This document shows, piece after piece, positions 1 to 11,670 of a DNA stretch of 64,000 nt; the first letter of the stretch is position 1, and every line of letters begins with the position of its first letter. The stretch is from Candidatus Dormiibacterota bacterium. Its GTDB lineage: Bacteria; Chloroflexota; Dormibacteria; Aeolococcales; Aeolococcaceae. The notes below the pieces were generated by a model. That model did not search any database and had not been told where the DNA came from. It saw nothing but the letters and a program-made list of their open reading frames with translations. The stretch spans positions 32,001 to 96,000 of the forward strand of contig CAVPXI010000005.1 of the NCBI GenBank assembly GCA_963709585.1. The letters are read 5' to 3'. Both the position numbers and the translations under genes were made by a program.

Positions 1-1763
1 TTGCCGACCTTGGCGACGAGGAACCCGCTGGTCACCTGCCATAGCTTGTTGGCGAAACGCTGGTACGACGCGATGCGGTCCTCGTCGAATCGCATGTCCT
101 GGCCGCTGGTTCCCACCGCCGCCGCCCACGCGCGCACCGCGTCGGCGCCGAACTTGTCGATGAGGTCGAGCGGGTCGATGGTGTTGCCCTTCGACTTGCT
201 CATCCGGGATCCGTCGATCGCCTGGATGGTGCTCGTGATCAACACGTCGGTGAACGGATTGCGGTCCGTGAACTTGAGCCCCGTCATGATCATTCGGGCA
301 ACCCAGAGAAAGATGATGTCGCGTCCGGTGACGAGCACATCGGTGGGATAGAACTTCTCGAGCTCCGCTGTCTGCTCCGGCCAGCCGAAGATCGCAAACG
401 GCCACAAGCCGCTGCTGAACCAGGTGTCGAGCACATCAGGGTCGTGGGTCAGCGCCGTGTTCCCACACTCGGGGCACTGCACCGGCGGGTCGATCCAGGC
501 GAACCGATGCCCGTTGCCACACGTCGACACCGGGATCGCGTGCCCCAGCCAGATCTGCCTGCTGATGCACCAGTCCTTGATGTTGCGCATCCAGTGCAGA
601 TACACGTCGGTGTATCGCGCGGGATGGAATGCGATCTCGCCACTTTCGACTGCACCGATCGCCGGAGCCGCGAGCGATGCCATGCGCACCCACCACTGCT
701 CACTCACGAGTGGTTCGAGCACGGTGCCGCATCGGTCGCAATGACCCACCTCGTGGGTGTACGGCTCCTCTTTGACGAGCGAGCCGATTGCCCGGAGCGC
801 ATCCGCGACCGCCGTCCTCGCCTGTTCGACGGGCATGCCGTGGAACTGTGGCAGCGAGGGCACGTCCATGGTCCCGTCGAGCGCGATCACGTTGATGATC
901 GGGAGTGAATGACGCGCCCCGATCTCGTAGTCGGTCGGGTCGTGACCCGGGGTCACCTTGAGCGCGCCCGTGCCGAACTCGGGACGCACTGCGGCATCAG
1001 CGAAGATCGGCACCACCCGCCCCGTCAACGGCAGGGTGACGTGCTTGCCGATGAGTAACGTGTAACGGGGGTCGTCGGGCGCAACCGCCACCCCCGTGTC
1101 GCCGAGCATCGTCTCGGGACGCACCGTGGCGACGGTGATGTCCAGACCACCCTCGACCGGATACTTGAGGTAGTAGAGCGGGTCGGTCTGCTCCTGCCAG
1201 TCGATCTCCTCATCGCTGATGGCGGACGCACAGCCCGGGCACCAGTTGACGATTCGCGGGCCTCGGTAGACGAGCCCTTCGTCGTAGAGCGCCTTGAACA
1301 CGAACCGGATGGCGCGCACGTACTGGTCGTCGAGGGTGAAACGAGAACGCTCCCAGTCGCACGTGTATCCCATCCGTCGCATCTGCTCGTAGATGCGTCC
1401 GCCGTACTCCTCATACCACGCGTCGACTCGCCTTTGGAAGGCCGCTCTGCCCAACTCCTCCTTCGAGGTTCCCTCGTCGTCGAGCTGCCGCTCGATGACG
1501 TTTTGGGTGGCGATGGCGGCGTGGTCGGTCCCCGGGCACCACTCGACCTCGAAGCCGCGCATCCGCCGCTGGCGGCACAGCGTGTCCTGGATGGAGAACG
1601 TCGATGCGTGGCCCATGTGCAGCGCGCCGGTGATGTTCGGGGGCGGAAGCGCGATGACAAATGCGGGCTTGGTGCTGGTGACATCGGCATGCCCTACTTC
1701 GAGCTCTCTCCAGCGCTCACGCCACCGCGGTTCCACGCTGGACCAGTCGAAATGTTTTTCCAT
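1..1763 (-). CDS. valS: Valine--tRNA ligase (3' end runs off the window)
   Basis: Manual translation: MEKHFDWSSVEPRW, PPPNITGALHMGH, PGTDHAAIATQ, GTGALKVTPGHD, WCISRQIWLGH, DVLDTWFSS, RMSKSKGN, all in one frame from ATG 1763 (alternative ATG 1787). Confidence 0.96.
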   Translation of the reverse strand, partial: MEKHFDWSSVEPRWRERWRELEVGHADVTSTKPAFVIALPPPNITGALHMGHASTFSIQDTLCRQRRMRGFEVEWCPGTDHAAIATQNVIERQLDDEGTSKEELGRAAFQRRVDAWYEEYGGRIYEQMRRMGYTCDWERSRFTLDDQYVRAIRFVFKALYDEGLVYRGPRIVNWCPGCASAISDEEIDWQEQTDPLYYLKYPVEGGLDITVATVRPETMLGDTGVAVAPDDPRYTLLIGKHVTLPLTGRVVPIFADAAVRPEFGTGALKVTPGHDPTDYEIGARHSLPIINVIALDGTMDVPSLPQFHGMPVEQARTAVADALRAIGSLVKEEPYTHEVGHCDRCGTVLEPLVSEQWWVRMASLAAPAIGAVESGEIAFHPARYTDVYLHWMRNIKDWCISRQIWLGHAIPVSTCGNGHRFAWIDPPVQCPECGNTALTHDPDVLDTWFSSGLWPFAIFGWPEQTAELEKFYPTDVLVTGRDIIFLWVARMIMTGLKFTDRNPFTDVLITSTIQAIDGSRMSKSKGNTIDPLDLIDKFGADAVRAWAAAVGTSGQDMRFDEDRIASYQRFANKLWQVTSGFLVAKVG

Positions 1764-1794
1764 TGGGCGATTGAGTATATGGGCCATCCGGGTG

Positions 1795-2382
1795 TCACTC
1801 GCCCGCGGGGATGGTCGCGCCGGATTGCACGTTGCGCCATTCGGGGGTGAAAGGTGAGCCGGCGTAGACGAGCTGCGGGGTCGAGGTGGCGAGCCGAGCG
1901 GCCGCCGCACCCTCCCCCACCGCGGGAAAGCTCGCCGGAGCAGCGGGCCCCTGCGCCGAGATATCGGCGACCGAACCGAAGTATGCCCGACCGCCGCAGC
2001 CGACATAGAACGCGACCAGCCCGATGAGCCGCGTCGCGCTGCCCCCCGTCTCCGGGGCGGCGAGCGGCACCACCACCGCGGCCGGCTGCCCGGCGGCGGC
2101 GGCGGCCACATCCACCGGTTCCTGCGGTGTCGCACCGTCGAGGTTCGGGCTCACCACAGCGGCCGCGTTCTCACCCACCAGAGCTAGTGCCGCGAGGTTG
2201 TTCGAGTCGAATGACTGATCGAAACCTCCGAGCGCGCGAAGCGATGCGGACAGGCTCGGTGCCGGAGCGGCGATGGCGCAGCCGGGGGTGGTGTTGGTGA
2301 TGACATGCGTGAGCGTGATCAGGGTCACCGCGAAGAAGATCACCACGGCCGCCGCGCCCAGCGCGATGGCCCGGCGGCTCAC
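1795..2382 (-). CDS. Hypothetical exported or membrane-anchored protein
   Basis: 195-aa ORF directly after clpX; N-terminal hydrophobic helix; Ala-rich. Confidence 0.7.
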   Translation of the reverse strand: MSRRAIALGAAAVVIFFAVTLITLTHVITNTTPGCAIAAPAPSLSASLRALGGFDQSFDSNNLAALALVGENAAAVVSPNLDGATPQEPVDVAAAAAGQPAAVVVPLAAPETGGSATRLIGLVAFYVGCGGRAYFGSVADISAQGPAAPASFPAVGEGAAAARLATSTPQLVYAGSPFTPEWRNVQSGATIPAGE

Positions 2383-2384
2383 GC

Positions 2385-3674
<1,290 letters not shown>

Positions 3675-3726
3675 CGCATACCCCTTGGATTGTCCGAATT
3701 CCTGTCACGACCGGCCGATCACGGCA

Positions 3727-4428
3727 TCAGGCGTGTGCTGTCGCACCGCCACCCGCCTGGGGTGCCTCGGTCTCGGGTGGCGCGCCGGGCGGCCGTCCAC
3801 CATTGCTGCTCTCACCGTTCGGTGCCCCACCGCTCTTGATGCGGCCCTGGATGATCTCGTCGATGAGGCCGTAGTCCTTCGCCTCCTCGGCGCTCATGAA
3901 GAAATCGCGATCGGAGTCGTGGTTGACGACCTCGATCGGTTTGCCGCTGTGATGCGCGAGGATTTCGTCGAGGCGACGGCGCACGCGGAGGATCTCCTGC
4001 GCATGGATCTGAATGTCGGTCGCCTGGCCGCTGAATCCGCCCGACGGCTGATGGATGAGCACGCGGGTGTTCGGAAGGCTGAGACGCATGCCCGCCGAGC
4101 CGCCGGCGAGCAGGATGGCCGCCATCGAGGCGGCGATGCCCATGCAGATGGTGCCGACGCGCGGCTCGACGTACTGCATGGTGTCGTAGATGGCCAGCCC
4201 GGCATACACCGAACCGCCCGGCGAGTTGATGTACAGCCAGATGTCCTTCTCGGGATCCTCGCCGGCGAGGAACAGCAATTGCGCCATGACGACGTTGGCG
4301 ACCTGGTCGTCGATGGGCGTCCCGATGAAGATGATTCGGTCTTTGAGCAACCGCGAGTAGATGTCCATCCCGCGTTCGCCCCGATTCGTGGTCTCGATGA
4401 CGTACGGGATCAGATTGGTCGGATTCAT
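3727..4428 (-). CDS. clpP: ATP-dependent Clp protease proteolytic subunit
   Basis: [47 protein letters not shown]; start set at ATG 4428. Confidence 0.97.
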   Translation of the reverse strand: MNPTNLIPYVIETTNRGERGMDIYSRLLKDRIIFIGTPIDDQVANVVMAQLLFLAGEDPEKDIWLYINSPGGSVYAGLAIYDTMQYVEPRVGTICMGIAASMAAILLAGGSAGMRLSLPNTRVLIHQPSGGFSGQATDIQIHAQEILRVRRRLDEILAHHSGKPIEVVNHDSDRDFFMSAEEAKDYGLIDEIIQGRIKSGGAPNGESSNGGRPPGAPPETEAPQAGGGATAHA

Positions 4429-4454
4429 ACCTTTTCCATTATAGGTGGCCTTTT

Positions 4455-5342
4455 TTAGTCGCGCAGTCGAAAGCCATAGACGGCCAGGCTCAACATCAAC
4501 GCCCCGAAGGCGACGAGCACCGCCTCTTCGGTCCAAACCGAGAGGGGATGACCGAACAGGCTCAGCCCCAGCCTGTCGAGGATTTGTGACGGCACCCCTG
4601 ATGCGCTGAGGACGGCGCGACGGAGCGCGTCGATCCCGTAGCTCGCCGGGTCGAATCGCGTGAGCACCGAGAGCCACACGGGTAGGTTGCCGCCGAGCGG
4701 GAACAGCGCCCCGGCCAGGAAGAACATCGGCATCATCAGGAAGTTCATCACCATCTGGAAGCCCTGCATAGTGCGCATGCGCGCCGCGACCGCCACGCCG
4801 AGCGCGCTCAGAGCGAATGCGAAGAGAAAGATCATCGGGATCAGTTCGACCACGCCGAGGAACGTCAACTTCACGCCCACCAGCGGAGCGAGGATCAGGA
4901 TGACCAGACCCTGGAGCATCGCCTGGGTTGCGCCCCCGAGCGTCTTACCGATTGCAACCGCCGAACGATGAATCGGCGCGACCAGCACCTCTTTCAGGAA
5001 ACCGAACTCACGATCCCAGACGATGGACATCGCGCCGAAGATCGACGTGAAGAGCACGGACATGCCGATGATGCCGGGGAAGATGAACTGGACATACTGC
5101 AGCGATGACCCGGTGCCGCCGAACCCGCTCGTTGTGCCCCGCAGAGTCGAGCTCAGCCCGCTGCCGAAGACGAAGAGAAAGAGAATCGGTTGCGCGAGCG
5201 ACGCGACCAGGCGCATACGGTCCCGTCCGTAGCGGATGAGATCGCGCTTCCAGATGATGTAGATCGCGCGCAGCGTCGCGCCACGGACATTCACCGTCTG
5301 TGCGCGCGGCACGAACGGCGCGGACAGCACCTGTTCGCTCAT
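4455..5342 (-). CDS. ABC-2 type transporter permease (DrrB-like)
   Basis: Multiple TM segments, [15 protein letters not shown] motif; overlaps the stop of the ATPase gene. Confidence 0.9.
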   Translation of the reverse strand: MSEQVLSAPFVPRAQTVNVRGATLRAIYIIWKRDLIRYGRDRMRLVASLAQPILFLFVFGSGLSSTLRGTTSGFGGTGSSLQYVQFIFPGIIGMSVLFTSIFGAMSIVWDREFGFLKEVLVAPIHRSAVAIGKTLGGATQAMLQGLVILILAPLVGVKLTFLGVVELIPMIFLFAFALSALGVAVAARMRTMQGFQMVMNFLMMPMFFLAGALFPLGGNLPVWLSVLTRFDPASYGIDALRRAVLSASGVPSQILDRLGLSLFGHPLSVWTEEAVLVAFGALMLSLAVYGFRLRD

Positions 5343-6325
5343 CGGCGTCCCCCTCCCCATATCCTGCCCATGTTTCGCATCGTGTCCAGCGACGTGCTGC
5401 CCTGCTCCCGAATGGCGCGACCGGTGAGCTTGAGAAACACGTCGTCGAGGCTGGGACGGCGCGCGCTGACCGCGCTGATCGGCACGGTCAGCTCGGAGAA
5501 GAGACGGGGCATGAACGATGCGGAATCGGGAACCTCGACGCGCAGCGTGCCATCGACCTGCGCCGTCTCGAGATGCATGACGCTGCGGATCTGATCGGCA
5601 GCGATCGCCATGTCCGGGGTGGTGATGCTCACCACGTCACCGCCCACCCCGGTCTTGAGCTCCGCGGGCGTGCCGAGAGCGACGATCTTTCCCTGGTCGA
5701 TGATCGCGATGCGATCGCAGAACTCGGCCTCGTCCATGTAATGCGTGGTCATGAAGATGGTGATGTGCTCGCGGGAGCGGACGGCGTGCAGGTAGTCCCA
5801 GATCTTGTTGCGCGTCTGTGGATCGAGACCGAGAGTCGGCTCGTCGAGGAAGAGCACCTGAGGGTAATGAAGGATGCCGCGTGCGATCTCCAGGCGACGC
5901 CGCATCCCGCCGGAATACGTGAGCACCGTCGATTCGGCGCGGTCGGTGAGCTCGACGATCGACAGTGCGTCGTCGATGCGCTGCTTGCGGGTCGCGGCGG
6001 GCAGACCGTACAGGTAGGCGTGGAAGTCGAGGTTCTCGCGGGCGGTGAGCTGGCCGTCGAGCGACGGGTCCTGGAACACGAGGCCGATGCGCGCACGGAC
6101 GGCGCTGGGATCCTTGAGCACGTCGATGCCGGCCACTTGGGCGACGCCCGAGGTCGGCCGCACCAGGGTGCAGAGGATGCTGATCGTCGTCGACTTCCCG
6201 GCGCCGTTGGGCCCGAGAAACCCGAAGATCTCGCCGGGACCGACCTCGAGGTCGATGCCGCGGACCGCCTCGACCTTCCCGTAAGTCTTGACGAGGTCGC
6301 GAACGCTGATCACCGGCTGGCCCAT
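5339..6325 (-). CDS. ABC transporter ATP-binding protein (DrrA-like)
   Basis: GPNGAGKS, YSGGMRRRLEIA, LFLDEPT, TTHYM, PSLDDVFL. Confidence 0.93.
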   Translation of the reverse strand: MGQPVISVRDLVKTYGKVEAVRGIDLEVGPGEIFGFLGPNGAGKSTTISILCTLVRPTSGVAQVAGIDVLKDPSAVRARIGLVFQDPSLDGQLTARENLDFHAYLYGLPAATRKQRIDDALSIVELTDRAESTVLTYSGGMRRRLEIARGILHYPQVLFLDEPTLGLDPQTRNKIWDYLHAVRSREHITIFMTTHYMDEAEFCDRIAIIDQGKIVALGTPAELKTGVGGDVVSITTPDMAIAADQIRSVMHLETAQVDGTLRVEVPDSASFMPRLFSELTVPISAVSARRPSLDDVFLKLTGRAIREQGSTSLDTMRNMGRIWGGGRR

Positions 6326-6364
6326 GCCCGGGACAGCTTACCCACGCATGCCGGGGACCATGCC

Positions 6365-7696
6365 TCAGGTGGCGACGAAGTTGGAATCGTCCGGGGTGAC
6401 GATCTCGAGCAGCCGCTGCCCGGCCGCGCGACGGCGCAGGTCGCGGCGTGCGAGGTCCTCGAGCCGCCTGCGTTGGGTGGCATCGACCCGCCGGCCCTCG
6501 GCGACCGCCCGGGCCTCGCGCTCCACCTGGTTCTCGTCGACCTCGATCCCCTCGGCGCCCGCGAGCGCGTCGAGCGCCAGTTCCAGCCGGACCCGGCTGG
6601 TCGCCGATTCGCGACGCTCGGCGCGGAGCGCCGCCACGTTCTGCCCGCTCATCTCGAGATAGCGGTCGAGCGGCAACCCGAGCGAGCCAAGTCGGTACTC
6701 GAGATCCGCAAGCTGGCGCTCGATCTCACGCTCGATCATCGCCTCGGGGACATCGACCCGGACATGGTCGCGGAGTGCCTCGAGTGCGGCACCCTCGTGG
6801 CGCTCGCGATCCTGGTCAGCCGCCTCGACCGCGAGCGCGGTGCGGTAGTGCTCGCGAAGGTCTTCGAGGGTCGGCCCGTGACCATCGAGCACGGCGAGCG
6901 CGTCGTCCTCAGGGGGTAGGGTGCGCTCGCGGACGGCGTGCACGGTGACGTCGATCGTGACCGTCGCGCCACGGAGCTCCTCCTGGCGGTAGTCCTGGGG
7001 CAGGGTGGTCTCGAAGGAGCGCGACTCCCCGGCCGTGAGCCCGATGACTCCATCGACGATCGCCGGGATCACCACCTCACGATCCAGCTCCAGCTCGCGC
7101 TCCTCGCCATCACCTCCGGTGAGCACCTCTTCGCCGCGACGCATCACGAGCGTGCACCGGATGACGTCCCCGGCCTGAGCGGCTCGGTCGACGTCGGCAA
7201 GCTCCGAGTGACGCCGGCGTGCTTCAAGGATCGCCTGATCGACGCTCTCCTCGGTGATCTCGGTCGTCTCCATCGGGACCCGCAGCGTCAGGTAGTCGCG
7301 CAGGTCAACCTCGGGCTTCACGGTGACCGTGGCGGTGAACTTCAGCGGCTGGTCGCGCTCGAGCTCGCCGAGATCGAGCTCGGGATCGCCGACCGGCTCG
7401 ACGCCGGTCTCATCGACGGCGCGCCGGTAGAGCTCAGGCACCAGGTGATCGACGGTCTCGTGGCGGATCGTCTCCCAGCCGACCGCACGCTCGACCATGG
7501 CGGCGGGCGCCTTGCCGGGGCGGAATCCTGGGATCCGAACCCGCCCCGCGAGCCGGCGCAATGACGCCTGGACCGCCGCCTCGACCTCGTCCGCGGTGGC
7601 CTCGACCTGGAGGGCGACCTGCGAAGCGGCCTTGCGCTCGAGGGTGACGGTCATTGATGGACTCTTGCCCGGAGTGTCGGTCATCTGGGTACTCAT
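6365..7696 (-). CDS. tig: Trigger factor
   Basis: IPGFRPGKAP ribosome-binding signature; lies after tRNA-Leu and upstream of clpPX; start ATG 7696 or 7654. Confidence 0.93.
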   Translation of the reverse strand: MSTQMTDTPGKSPSMTVTLERKAASQVALQVEATADEVEAAVQASLRRLAGRVRIPGFRPGKAPAAMVERAVGWETIRHETVDHLVPELYRRAVDETGVEPVGDPELDLGELERDQPLKFTATVTVKPEVDLRDYLTLRVPMETTEITEESVDQAILEARRRHSELADVDRAAQAGDVIRCTLVMRRGEEVLTGGDGEERELELDREVVIPAIVDGVIGLTAGESRSFETTLPQDYRQEELRGATVTIDVTVHAVRERTLPPEDDALAVLDGHGPTLEDLREHYRTALAVEAADQDRERHEGAALEALRDHVRVDVPEAMIEREIERQLADLEYRLGSLGLPLDRYLEMSGQNVAALRAERRESATSRVRLELALDALAGAEGIEVDENQVEREARAVAEGRRVDATQRRRLEDLARRDLRRRAAGQRLLEIVTPDDSNFVAT

Positions 7697-7718
7697 GTTT
7701 CTTGCTGGGTGAGCGCCG

Positions 7719-7801
7719 TGCGCGGACCGAGAACTCGAACTCGGACGGGTCACCCCACGGGATCCTAAGTCCCGCGCGTCTACCGATTCCGCCATCCGCG
7801 C
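7719..7801 (-). tRNA. tRNA-Leu(TAG)
   Basis: GCGCGGA/TCCGCGC acceptor stem, CGGGA-CTTAGGA-TCCCG anticodon arm, long variable arm, T-arm CCGAG/CTCGG with one extra T in the loop; no encoded CCA. Confidence 0.93.
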
Positions 7802-7915
7802 CCGGTCGGTCGAACCGGCCAGTGCCAGTGTAGCTGCGAGGAAACGGTCGCTGGACAACCCCTCTCCCGCTGCCTACTCTAGGTGGCATCCCCAACCCGA
7901 AGACGGAGGATCTGG

Positions 7916-8158
7916 ATGGAGCTGAATCACCTGACCGCAACGGCAGGCCCGCAGGAGGTCGTTGCGAAGATCGACCAGAAGGCGCTCCGGCTGTCGGCGC
8001 TGCTGCGGGAGATAGACAACCACCCCATCGAGCTGGAGACCGTGCTTCGGGACCAGCTCGATGACGTTCTGGAGATGCTGGCGTGCAGGATCGCCGCCAC
8101 CAGGACGCTGCTGCACCGATCCAGCCTCGAGTTGACGGGGGCCGGATCCCCCATATAA
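7916..8158 (+). CDS. Small hypothetical helical protein (80 aa)
   Basis: GGAGGA RBS 5 nt before ATG 7916; host-like codon usage. Confidence 0.6.
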   Translation: MELNHLTATAGPQEVVAKIDQKALRLSALLREIDNHPIELETVLRDQLDDVLEMLACRIAATRTLLHRSSLELTGAGSPI

Positions 8159-9717
8159 CGGGCGTCGTACGGCGCCTCGGGACGGCGGCTGCAGTAGAGG
8201 CTGCTGCCGCCGTCCTGATCGTTATCGCCGCGATCCTGGCGCGCTTCTGGGCGCTCCAGACCCAACCCGGTGGTCTCTACCCGGACGAGGCCGCCGAAGG
8301 CCTCAGCGCCCAGAGCCTGCTGACGATCCCGGGATACCACCCGGTGTTCTTCAACAGCGACGGCGGCCGCGAGGCCCTGTACGCGTACATGGTCGCAGCC
8401 GTCTTCAAGGTGTTCGGGTCGTCGGTGCTTACGCTGCGCGGCACCGCCGCGGCCGTCGGCGTCGCCGGGGTCATCGTCACCTACCTCGCCGTCCGCCGTT
8501 TCGGCCGGGGTCCGGCGCTGCTCGCGATGGCATGGGCCGGCGGATCACTCTGGATGATCGCCGTGTCCCGCGATGGCTTCAGGAACATCCTGACGGTGCT
8601 CGTCGGCGCAGCCGCGCTCGCGGCCTTGCTGCGCTGGGGAGACAGGCCCTCCCGATGGACCGCCGCGCTCGCCGGGATTGCGGTGGCCCTGGGGTTCTGG
8701 ACGTATCAACCGCTGAAGTTGCTGCCGTTGCTTGCGATCCTCTGGCTGGCCTGGATGCACGCCCGCGACCGTGAGCGGTTTCTCACCGTCCGCGCGACCT
8801 GGCGATGGGCGACGGTGGGGTTTCTCGTGGTCGTGGCGCCGATGGTGTACACGGCCATCACCGACTTCTCGGCGTACTTCGGTCGCGCCGCGTTCGTCTC
8901 GGTCTTCAACAGCGGATCGATGTCGACGGACAGCTACCCGGCGCACATCCTCAAGACCCTCGGCATGTTCCTCCTCACCGGGGATCCGAACCCACGTCAC
9001 GACGTGTCGGCCCTGCCACTCCTGGGGCCCGTGCTGGTGGTGCCGTTCCTGCTCGGCATCTGGCACTGCTGGCGGCGGCGAGACGACCAGGGATACGCGC
9101 TGGTGCTGCTCGGACTTCCCGTGTTCCTGATCCCTCCGCTGGTTGCCAACGAGGGCGGCGCCCCCCACTTCCTCCGATCGCTCGGTCTCGCGCCCTACGT
9201 CGCCGCCTGCATCGGCCTCGGCTGCCTCGAGGGCATCGCGATCCTCCGGCGGCTCGTCGCGAGCAACGTTCGCACCGAGCAGCGCGTATCGCAGACGGGC
9301 TGGAGCGTCTGCGCGATCGCGGCGACCGGCCTCGGCGTGGCTTCGGCGGTGACCTACTTCAACCGCCCGCTGATCGATCGCTACACGGCCTTCACCTTCG
9401 CCGACGTCGCCCTGGCAAATGCCGCCGTGGACAACTCGACCGACGGCGGACCATCCACGCTGGTCATCCTCGACGGCTACGACGCGATGGACGTGCAGTT
9501 CCTTGACGCGGGCCGCGTGCCCACCATCGTCGCGCCGATGACCAGGGTCGCGAACGTCGCCGTCTACTCGCTGATCGTCGCCCCGTCGCGAGCCGACATC
9601 GCGGCCGCCGTCGGCGCGGGCATCGCCGCAGAGGCTCAGGTGGGCGCGACCGATCCTTATGGCAACCCGGTCGTCTTCGACGTCGTACCCCAGGCGGCGG
9701 TTCCCACCCTGCCCTGA
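8083..9717 (+). CDS. GT39/ArnT-PMT family membrane glycosyltransferase (start uncertain)
   Basis: P-G-L-Y-P-DEA acidic motif after TM1, many TM helices. Confidence 0.8.
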   Translation: MQDRRHQDAAAPIQPRVDGGRIPHITGVVRRLGTAAAVEAAAAVLIVIAAILARFWALQTQPGGLYPDEAAEGLSAQSLLTIPGYHPVFFNSDGGREALYAYMVAAVFKVFGSSVLTLRGTAAAVGVAGVIVTYLAVRRFGRGPALLAMAWAGGSLWMIAVSRDGFRNILTVLVGAAALAALLRWGDRPSRWTAALAGIAVALGFWTYQPLKLLPLLAILWLAWMHARDRERFLTVRATWRWATVGFLVVVAPMVYTAITDFSAYFGRAAFVSVFNSGSMSTDSYPAHILKTLGMFLLTGDPNPRHDVSALPLLGPVLVVPFLLGIWHCWRRRDDQGYALVLLGLPVFLIPPLVANEGGAPHFLRSLGLAPYVAACIGLGCLEGIAILRRLVASNVRTEQRVSQTGWSVCAIAATGLGVASAVTYFNRPLIDRYTAFTFADVALANAAVDNSTDGGPSTLVILDGYDAMDVQFLDAGRVPTIVAPMTRVANVAVYSLIVAPSRADIAAAVGAGIAAEAQVGATDPYGNPVVFDVVPQAAVPTLP

Positions 9718-9764
9718 CCGGCAGGTCACGCACCCCGTGCGAACGCGGATCTATGGTGGGATCG

Positions 9765-11231
9765 ATGCTGCGCGGCTTTGCGGGGAAGATCTGGCTGATC
9801 ACGGGCCTCGGTCTGGTTGCACGCCTTGCGCTGCTCGGGTATCAGCCGCTCTGGCGTGATGAGGCCTTCACCGCGCTGGCGGTGCAGCGTCCACTCGGCT
9901 CGATGATCGACGTGGTCCGCAACGACAGCGCACCGCCGCTCTTCTACCTGGTGGAGCGACTCTTCGCGGTGGTGTCGACCAGCCCCGCAATGCTCCGTCT
10001 GTTCCCCGTCCTGGCCGGGACGGCGGCGATCCCGCTGCTGGCGGCGCTCGGACGTCGGGTCGCGGGCGACGCCGGGGGCCTCTGGGCGGCGGTGATCGGC
10101 GCCGTGGCGCCGGCACTGATGGTGAGCTCGCTCGACGCGCGCATGTACGTGCTCGCGACCACGCTGGTGCTCGCGTCGACGCTCTGCCTGCTGGGTGCGC
10201 TCGACCGGCCGTCGCCGCTGCGCTGGGCGCTCTACCTGGCGATGTCGATTCTCGCTGTGTACACCGTGTACTTCGCGGTCTTCGCCGTGTTCGCCCAGGT
10301 GGTCACCGTTGCGCTGCTCCACGGGCGGCAACGGCGGGGCACGATGGTGCTTGTCGGAGCACTCGCCGCCCTGACCCTTGCGACCCTGATTCCTTGGATC
10401 GTCGCCGCACGCGCGCAGCTCGACCACAGCGTCGGCGCGTTCTGGGTACCGAGATTGAGCATCCGCAGCGTCTTCGGTGGCCTCGAGCAGTTCTTCACGG
10501 GCCCACCGATCAACAACTGGGTGGCCGGGTTCGCGGCGGTGCGAGCGCTGGAGCTCGCCGGAGACGCCGCCGGCTGCCTGGTGCTGATCGCGTTGGTGGT
10601 GAACCGAAAGCGGCTCGGCGCGGCCGGCGCGCAGGCCGCAGCCTTCCTTGGAATCGCTGTCGCAATCGGCGTGGGCGTGATGCTCCTGGCCAGCTTCTAT
10701 CACCCGCTCGAGGATGGGAAATACCTGAGCGCCGCGTGGGCGCCACTGTATCCGCTGCTCGGTGCGGGGCTCGCAACCCTGCCGTGGCGGCGAGTCGCGG
10801 TCGGTGCCGCAGCGGTGACTACGGCCGTGGCCGCCAGCACCGTCCTGGTCATCACCAATCCCGAGACTCCGCTGGCGGTTGCCGCGATCGCGCGGACCTC
10901 GGCTCCGGCACCGGTGGTGACCGCGTATCCCAGCGAATACCTGCTCGTCCTGTACTACGCCGACCACGACGTCGCCGCGAGGGCGCACGCCGTGGCCACA
11001 ACGGTGCCGTGGTTCTGGGGCACGGCGGTCTATCCATCGGACGGCGCGCTGCACACCGTGGCCCAACTATTGTCCGGCGCTGCGCCGCTCTGGTACGTCT
11101 ACGAGCCGGGCGATCCGCTGCCGTCGCCGCGAGGCGGATACACGGTTTCGAATGTCCGCTGCTGGACGGGGGTCTGTGTCACCATGCTCAACCCTTCTGT
11201 TGCCGTCGCATCGCGCGGGGGATCCGGCTAG
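9765..11231 (+). CDS. GT39/PMT-like membrane glycosyltransferase
   Basis: LWRDEAFT, DSAPPLFY, LR, DARMY motifs; many TM helices. Confidence 0.82.
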   Translation: MLRGFAGKIWLITGLGLVARLALLGYQPLWRDEAFTALAVQRPLGSMIDVVRNDSAPPLFYLVERLFAVVSTSPAMLRLFPVLAGTAAIPLLAALGRRVAGDAGGLWAAVIGAVAPALMVSSLDARMYVLATTLVLASTLCLLGALDRPSPLRWALYLAMSILAVYTVYFAVFAVFAQVVTVALLHGRQRRGTMVLVGALAALTLATLIPWIVAARAQLDHSVGAFWVPRLSIRSVFGGLEQFFTGPPINNWVAGFAAVRALELAGDAAGCLVLIALVVNRKRLGAAGAQAAAFLGIAVAIGVGVMLLASFYHPLEDGKYLSAAWAPLYPLLGAGLATLPWRRVAVGAAAVTTAVAASTVLVITNPETPLAVAAIARTSAPAPVVTAYPSEYLLVLYYADHDVAARAHAVATTVPWFWGTAVYPSDGALHTVAQLLSGAAPLWYVYEPGDPLPSPRGGYTVSNVRCWTGVCVTMLNPSVAVASRGGSG

Positions 11232-11253
11232 CTCGCGGGACAAGGAGGAACAG

Positions 11254-11664
11254 GTGAAAGGCTTTCGTGACTTTCTCAACCAGGGCAACGTGGTTCAGCT
11301 CGCCGTGGCGTTCGTGGTCGGCGCTGCGTTCGGGGCCGTGGTCACCGCACTCGTGGTCGACATCATCAACCCGATCATCGCCATCCCCTTCGGCAAGCCG
11401 AACTTCGACGCGCTCGTGCTGACCGTCAACGGCAGCAAGGTCAAGTACGGCACATTCCTCACCGCGGTGATCGCGTTTGTGCTCATCGCGGCAGGCGTGT
11501 ATTTCGTCTTCGTCGTGCCATACAACAGGTTGCAGGCACGCACGCGGTCCGCGAGGCCCGGCGAGTTGAACACGCGAGCCTGCCCCGAGTGCCTGACGAT
11601 CATCCCCAAGGCGGCCCGCCGCTGTTCGGCATGCACCGCGGCGGTCGAACCTCAGGCGGCGTAA
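11254..11664 (+). CDS. mscL: Large-conductance mechanosensitive channel with C-terminal Cys4 motif
   Basis: GFRDFLNQGNVVQLAVAFVVGAAF; AGGAGG RBS before GTG; CPEC..RCSAC tail. Confidence 0.93.
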   Translation: MKGFRDFLNQGNVVQLAVAFVVGAAFGAVVTALVVDIINPIIAIPFGKPNFDALVLTVNGSKVKYGTFLTAVIAFVLIAAGVYFVFVVPYNRLQARTRSARPGELNTRACPECLTIIPKAARRCSACTAAVEPQAA

Positions 11665-11670
11665 CCGAGC

